Shown here: positions 15,907 to 20,000 of the stretch, piece by piece
How positions within the stretch are numbered: position 1 is the stretch's first letter
Layout of the letters: each line of letters opens with the position of its first letter
Virus record (IMG/VR): IMGVR_UViG_3300027798_000036
Source: an uncultured virus (IMG/VR IMGVR_UViG_3300027798_000036)
Taxonomy: Duplodnaviria > Heunggongvirae > Uroviricota > Caudoviricetes
Strand: one strand, 5' to 3'
DNA length: 20,000 bases
The notes under the pieces: generated by a model
What the model saw: the letters and a program-made list of their open reading frames with translations, nothing else
What the model was told of the DNA's origin: nothing
Database searches by the model: none
Translations under genes and position numbers: made by a program

Positions 15907-16151
15907 TACGCATTTTTTAATCTACCTTGCCACATACTTCTTTGTTGGTACATCATACCATAAAATTCTGTAAACATTTTTATGACCAAGTCTTTAATTT
16001 CTTTCTCACTCTTACCTCGTTTCATATCCTTTATGACAATATCCAACAATTTATCCTCAAATTGTTTTACTGTATTTGTCCCAATAAAATCTTTAATTTC
16101 TTTACGAACTAAAGTTTCAATTTCTTTTTTTTCTGGTGCGGTTAGTGCCAT
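15906..16151 (-). CDS. Hypothetical protein (81 aa)
   Basis: Start re-assigned to ATG 16151 (MALTAPEKKEIE), just downstream of TATTTATA (16155-16162); TAATG-coupled to the next gene. Confidence 0.75.
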   Translation of the reverse strand: MALTAPEKKEIETLVRKEIKDFIGTNTVKQFEDKLLDIVIKDMKRGKSEKEIKDLVIKMFTEFYGMMYQQRSMWQGRLKNA

Positions 16152-16164
16152 GTTTATAAATATC

Positions 16165-16578
16165 TTATAAGAACAATATTGATAGAATAACACTTAAAAT
16201 ACCACCACCAATTGCAATATTTTTTAATCTTTTTTGTTTATCCGCCTCACTTTTATAAAAATTACCTCTTTCTTCGTGTTCTGCATCAATTTTTTTAATC
16301 TGTTTTACATTATCTTCCAATAAAATAATTTCTTGATTTTTATTTAAAATAATTGTGTCTTGTTGATAATTGACACTATCTAACAAAGAAATTGAGTCTC
16401 TAGCAATTTTAAGTTGATTATAACAATAATCATATTTAACTTTTAATTTGAGCGCGTTCTTTAAAGCACTACATGGAACAATACAATTATCATTTGAAGG
16501 TGTTTGAGAATACACGGATGATATCATCATTAGACATATCATTAATAATATCCAATTCTTCTTTATACTTTTTTTCAT
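16165..16578 (-). CDS. Exported coiled-coil protein with signal peptide and C-terminal TM helix (spanin-like partner)
   Basis: MKKSIKKNWILLMICLMMISSVYSQ signal-like start (exact start uncertain), coiled coil, C-terminal IAIGGGILSVILSILFL; overlaps the upstream gene in another frame. Confidence 0.6.
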   Translation of the reverse strand: MKKSIKKNWILLMICLMMISSVYSQTPSNDNCIVPCSALKNALKLKVKYDYCYNQLKIARDSISLLDSVNYQQDTIILNKNQEIILLEDNVKQIKKIDAEHEERGNFYKSEADKQKRLKNIAIGGGILSVILSILFL

Positions 16579-16828
16579 AAAATTTAGATTTTTCATTTAA
16601 TTTTGTTAATTTGTACGACAATTCACCAATTTTTTTTTGTCTATCACTATTTTCTAACCGTAATGAATCATAAAGTTTATTATTGTTTTCTACAATAAGA
16701 CTTAAAGAATCAATTCTTTTTTGAAACGACTTCTCATCAAATTTTGATGGTATTTGTATTTTAGTCAGAATTAAAATTCCAATTAAAATAATAATAATTA
16801 GAATCCAAAAAATTTCTCTATTTTTCAT
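16490..16828 (-). CDS. i-spanin-like protein (N-terminal TM plus periplasmic coiled coil)
   Basis: IFWILIIIILIGILIL anchor followed by heptad-rich sequence; near an amidase-fold gene. Confidence 0.6.
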   Translation of the reverse strand: MKNREIFWILIIIILIGILILTKIQIPSKFDEKSFQKRIDSLSLIVENNNKLYDSLRLENSDRQKKIGELSYKLTKLNEKSKFYEKKYKEELDIINDMSNDDIIRVFSNTFK

Positions 16829-17451
16829 TATTGGTCCTCTTCTGAAGTTTGAGTTTTTTTCCTAGCAGCCAATACTTTAGCCCATTTTGTTTTAAACTTT
16901 TGAAAGTATCCTTTAAGTTTTGTAATAAAATTTAAAAACTCATCATCAACTCTACTCATAGTACCATTTATGTAAACACCATTGTTTTCACCAATAGAGT
17001 AGAAAAATTCTAAATCTTGGTCAATAACTTTACCAGACCATTCAACTGATGTTGGGTATACATTTAATGGGTAAAAATCAACCATTTCAGAAACTTCATT
17101 TATAAACTCATCCATAGTTTCTTGGTAAGCTCTTTTTTCCTCAGTAGTAATTTCTAAATCACCTTTATTTTTACCATGCATTACTAACACACCACCTGAT
17201 ACACGATAGGCTTGTTGTTTATCTTCTTTTGGGTTTGCAGACATTTCAAGTTCTTCTTCAGTATCAGCCGCTAAATTAGGTCTTGGACTACCTAAAGTAT
17301 TACTAGCACTTTCATAACCTTCAGAACCTTGTTCAGTAAGTAATCCACTTTTTTTCAAAGTATTTCTAACTTCATTTAATAAGGTGTCATCACCTCTCAT
17401 TGCTCTTGATGATTCCAAGAGTTTTTTTATTTCATCATACGAGTTGCTCAT
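16828..17451 (-). CDS. Hypothetical protein (207 aa), probable late/virion protein
   Basis: Start re-assigned to ATG 17451 (MSNSYDEIKKLLES); N-terminal LLE, LLNE and LLTE sites. Confidence 0.75.
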   Translation of the reverse strand: MSNSYDEIKKLLESSRAMRGDDTLLNEVRNTLKKSGLLTEQGSEGYESASNTLGSPRPNLAADTEEELEMSANPKEDKQQAYRVSGGVLVMHGKNKGDLEITTEEKRAYQETMDEFINEVSEMVDFYPLNVYPTSVEWSGKVIDQDLEFFYSIGENNGVYINGTMSRVDDEFLNFITKLKGYFQKFKTKWAKVLAARKKTQTSEEDQ

Positions 17452-18040
17452 TTTTAATATATGTTGTAAATTTTTCAAAATTAAATGCCGGACTTACATC
17501 GGTATATATTGTTTCAAAGTTACTTTTGGATACAATCCCACCTAACTTATCTACGTTATCTATCTTTGTATTATGACCAATACACTTTTTTTCTATTTTA
17601 TGTTCTGTTACTAATTTTATACAAAGTTCAGCCGCGGATTGCATTTGAATCTCTGTGTAAGGTTCCCATAAAAAGTAATCTCTCCATTTCTTTTCATAAG
17701 CACTTCCTTTATAAATATTACCAATCCAGTTAGTGTAATAATCTTTTAACGGAACTTTTTCTAACCAACCAAGATTTTCAAAGGAAACTATAATTGAGTT
17801 TCTATTAAAATTAGGTTCAGTAAAATAATTTGAGTAGGCTTCATCAGAAAGAGTTTGAATTATCTTTCCATCTTTAGTCACAATATAATGTGGAACTCGT
17901 TTAAACTTACCGTTCATTCTATACTTAAGGGACGTTAAGTATTCCTCAACGTCCCTTCCAGTATTTGTCAAAATAATTTGTTTTTTCTTTTTCTGTTTAC
18001 CAGAAATATTTGGTGAAAGTCTTTCAACCGTATTAACCAT
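17435..18040 (-). CDS. Amidase_2 (N-acetylmuramoyl-L-alanine amidase/PGRP-fold) protein, probably degenerate
   Basis: QIILTNT, PHYIVTKDGKIIQ, NRNSIIVSFEN, YTEIQMQSAAEL, IGHN and DVSPAFNF follow the Amidase_2 motif order, but the first Zn-ligand His is missing. Confidence 0.8.
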   Translation of the reverse strand: MVNTVERLSPNISGKQKKKKQIILTNTGRDVEEYLTSLKYRMNGKFKRVPHYIVTKDGKIIQTLSDEAYSNYFTEPNFNRNSIIVSFENLGWLEKVPLKDYYTNWIGNIYKGSAYEKKWRDYFLWEPYTEIQMQSAAELCIKLVTEHKIEKKCIGHNTKIDNVDKLGGIVSKSNFETIYTDVSPAFNFEKFTTYIKNEQLV

Positions 18041-18782
18041 TTTTTGTATAAATTAACCTTTTAATCTGTCCTTGAGTTCCTTCTTCGGTCACAACTTCTT
18101 CGTCATCAACAAAATACTTTGTAGTTTCGGTTGTTTCAATAAGTTCTTCAATTTTAGATTTTTCCTCAAGATTTTTTAATGCTTCTTCTAAACGCACCAA
18201 ATCTTCAGGTGTTGGGTTTATTTTTTCTTCAACTTGTTCAGCTTCCATCATACCAGCTTTTTTACTCAACTCAATAAGTTCTTCATCTGTCAACACTACC
18301 TTATCTTCGTTGGTTTGAATCTTTGAAGAGTATACTATTAACATATGTGCAAATGTTAAAGAAATAAAGGGTATTAGGCCACCTGTTAAAAATGCTAATA
18401 TTCTTCTATGAGAAACAATGTCAGTAGGTTCAACACCTAAAGGTTCTAATAAACTTGAAATCATATCAATCCAGTTTTTAAAATCAGTACTATTAGGTAC
18501 AATATGTGAGTAAGAATAAAAGAAATTACCAACAAATTGAATTAATGTTACGATTCCAAATGGGATGTAAATAAATTTACCAAATTTAGCCGAAATACCA
18601 GCCAATGCTGCAAGTGCTGCAATCTCTACAGCAACTGATAAATAAATCGCCCAACTCAACGGGTTTGCCATTGAATAAAAGGTTGTTACGTGTGAAATAG
18701 ACACAAACGCAACTAATAGAATTGGAATTAAAAAACTTCCAACAATAATATTATTTAAATTTGATTGTAACCACTTTTTCAT
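18033..18782 (-). CDS. Multi-pass membrane protein (about 4 TM) with acidic C-terminal tail; holin-like position
   Basis: Hydrophobic segments at about aa 13-32, 43-65, 70-88 and 129-151; directly upstream of the amidase-fold gene. A holin role is inferred from position only. Confidence 0.65.
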   Translation of the reverse strand: MKKWLQSNLNNIIVGSFLIPILLVAFVSISHVTTFYSMANPLSWAIYLSVAVEIAALAALAGISAKFGKFIYIPFGIVTLIQFVGNFFYSYSHIVPNSTDFKNWIDMISSLLEPLGVEPTDIVSHRRILAFLTGGLIPFISLTFAHMLIVYSSKIQTNEDKVVLTDEELIELSKKAGMMEAEQVEEKINPTPEDLVRLEEALKNLEEKSKIEELIETTETTKYFVDDEEVVTEEGTQGQIKRLIYTKNG

Positions 18783-18783
18783 T

Positions 18784-19065
18784 TCACTTGTTTAATTTTT
18801 CAATCTCTTTATCAATTTCAGTTTGTCTTTGGACATCCAACATTTTTCTGTCGGTAGCCTGAATCATTCTTTTTTCTGATTTCAAACCTTCAATTTGTAA
18901 ATCTTTTTTAGTTGGTAGGTTATTTAAAACCTGTCTTTGAGATTCAACTTCTTTTCTCAATTTAGTTACTTCTGAGTTAGTACCACATCCTTTTAATAAT
19001 AATAAAAGGAACAAAACAACCAAGATTTGTTGTTGGTATTTTTTTAATGTTTCTAAAAATTTCAT
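18784..19065 (-). CDS. Small membrane-anchored or lipoprotein coiled-coil protein
   Basis: ILVVLFLLLLLKGC (hydrophobic stretch plus lipobox-like Cys); TATTTATT at 19090-19097 upstream. Confidence 0.7.
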   Translation of the reverse strand: MKFLETLKKYQQQILVVLFLLLLLKGCGTNSEVTKLRKEVESQRQVLNNLPTKKDLQIEGLKSEKRMIQATDRKMLDVQRQTEIDKEIEKLNK

Positions 19066-19101
19066 AGTTTTTTTATTTTATAATTTAATAATAAATATCA
19101 A

Positions 19102-19902
19102 TTACATGTATTCAAATAACTCAGCACTCTCATTTCTTAATTTACGTAGTGCTTTTTCTTTGATTTGACGTACTCTTTCTTTGGTCAAGTTGAAGTCATT
19201 ACCTATATCTTCAAGGGTTCTTGTCTGACCTGAGATACCAAAATAATCTTCTACGATTGCTCTCTCACGCTCATCCAAGATTCTCATGATACCAGTCAAC
19301 TTTTCCTTCAGGACATCTTTAGAGTTGAATACTTCGTCAGGCATTGATGTGTTTTGGTCAGCAATCATATCCAACAATGTATCACCTTCATCGTTGATTT
19401 GTTTTTCAAGGTTAACAATAGATGGTAGTGATGTAAACTTATCTGATAGTTCACCACCATTACGGTCAATCAGTTTCTTCTCCTTGAATAGTTCTTGTAC
19501 AACATTTACTGGTAGACGGATAGTACGAGCATGTTCGTTAAGAGACTGTAAGATAGATTGACGAATCCACCACACGGCATATGATATGAAACGAAGTTTT
19601 TTGGTCCAATCAAAGTTTTTGATTGCCTTCAAAAGACCAACGTTACCCTCAGCTACCAAGTCAGACAATTCAAGTCCTTGGTTTTGATATTGTTTGGCTA
19701 CGGTAATAACAAATCGTAGGTTACCTTCCAACAACTCCTTATATATTCGTTCACGCTCTCTTTCGGTTAAATCATTGCCGCAGATACGTTCAGACAATAA
19801 ACGTTCACGCTCAACGGTCATAACCTTGAGTTTACGGATGTCTTTTAAATAGCTTGAAATTTCGTCTTGGTTGATAGGAATCTGTAGGTTTTTATCTTTC
19901 AT
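19102..19902 (-). CDS. rpoD: RpoD/SigA-family sigma factor, Bacteroidota primary-sigma type (no region 1.1)
   Basis: Region 1.2 YLKDI; region 2 NLRFVITVAKQYQNQGL...EGNVGLLKA...FISYAVWWIRQSILQ; RTIRLP; region 4 TLEDIGNDFNLTKERVRQIKEKALRKLR. Confidence 0.93.
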   Translation of the reverse strand: MKDKNLQIPINQDEISSYLKDIRKLKVMTVERERLLSERICGNDLTERERERIYKELLEGNLRFVITVAKQYQNQGLELSDLVAEGNVGLLKAIKNFDWTKKLRFISYAVWWIRQSILQSLNEHARTIRLPVNVVQELFKEKKLIDRNGGELSDKFTSLPSIVNLEKQINDEGDTLLDMIADQNTSMPDEVFNSKDVLKEKLTGIMRILDERERAIVEDYFGISGQTRTLEDIGNDFNLTKERVRQIKEKALRKLRNESAELFEYM

Positions 19903-19907
19903 AGTTC

Positions 19908-20000
19908 TTAGTTGTAGTTGTTAAGTATTGCTTTTTCTTGAATGGTCAACGAAGATACGCCTTTTTGGTGGATTTTTTCTAATATGTCATCCAAAGATGG
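19908..20000 (-). CDS. Partial CDS (C-terminus only) with DUF6576-like motif
   Basis: ...PSLDDILEKIHQKGVSSLTIQEKAILNNYN*, resembling the 'DxILDKIxxxGxxSLTxxEK' motif. Confidence 0.6.
   Translation of the reverse strand, partial: PSLDDILEKIHQKGVSSLTIQEKAILNNYN

Noticed and set aside
5660..17717. Intragenic TATAAATA at 5660-5667 and 17710-17717
   Set aside because: Far from start codons and expected by chance in AT-rich DNA, so not counted as promoters.
12825..19561. ORFs 12825-13046, 13286-13561, 13728-13961, 14822-15004, 14924-15127, 15576-15779, 15927-16112, 15982-16170, 17485-17733 and 19286-19561
   Set aside because: Alternative-frame or antisense overlaps of coherent genes. 13728-13961 starts in the mirror arm of the hairpin, which explains its identical MEN start.
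1..20000. tRNA, rRNA, intron, intein or IS elements
   Set aside because: No cloverleaf, transposase, homing-endonuclease or intein motifs seen; the intergenic gaps are short and explained by small ORFs and signals.

Overview
AT-rich (about 30% GC by eye), gene-dense segment, mostly on the minus strand, that looks like part of a large tailed-phage (jumbo/huge phage) genome infecting a Bacteroidota host. Support for that host: a Bacteroidota-type primary sigma factor lacking region 1.1, TTTG-N19/20-TAnnTTTG promoters, A-rich translation starts without Shine-Dalgarno sequences, and an Hc1-type 'histone H1' protein. Recognisable genes are thioredoxin, glutaredoxin, a PcfJ-like protein, a D12/Dam-family adenine methyltransferase, DnaJ, an Hc1-like protein, an Amidase_2-fold protein within a membrane/lysis-like cluster, and an RpoD-like sigma factor. 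Several probable late/virion proteins are preceded by a recurring TATTTAT(A) motif. Four complete small ORFs and two edge-truncated ORFs missing from the ORF track were added. Most notable: (i) a probable catalytically dead SAM-synthetase (MetK) homologue; (ii) two paralogues sharing a 'CxYG..TxWCT' domain but with different C-termini (hyper-acidic vs LRR); (iii) modular proteins punctuated by prohead-protease-like x-x-E sites; (iv) no GATC found in 20 kb; (v) two divergent genes sharing one CATG; (vi) a hairpin that buries a start codon. All family calls are by eye, without database searches. No tRNA, rRNA, CRISPR array or IS element was seen.
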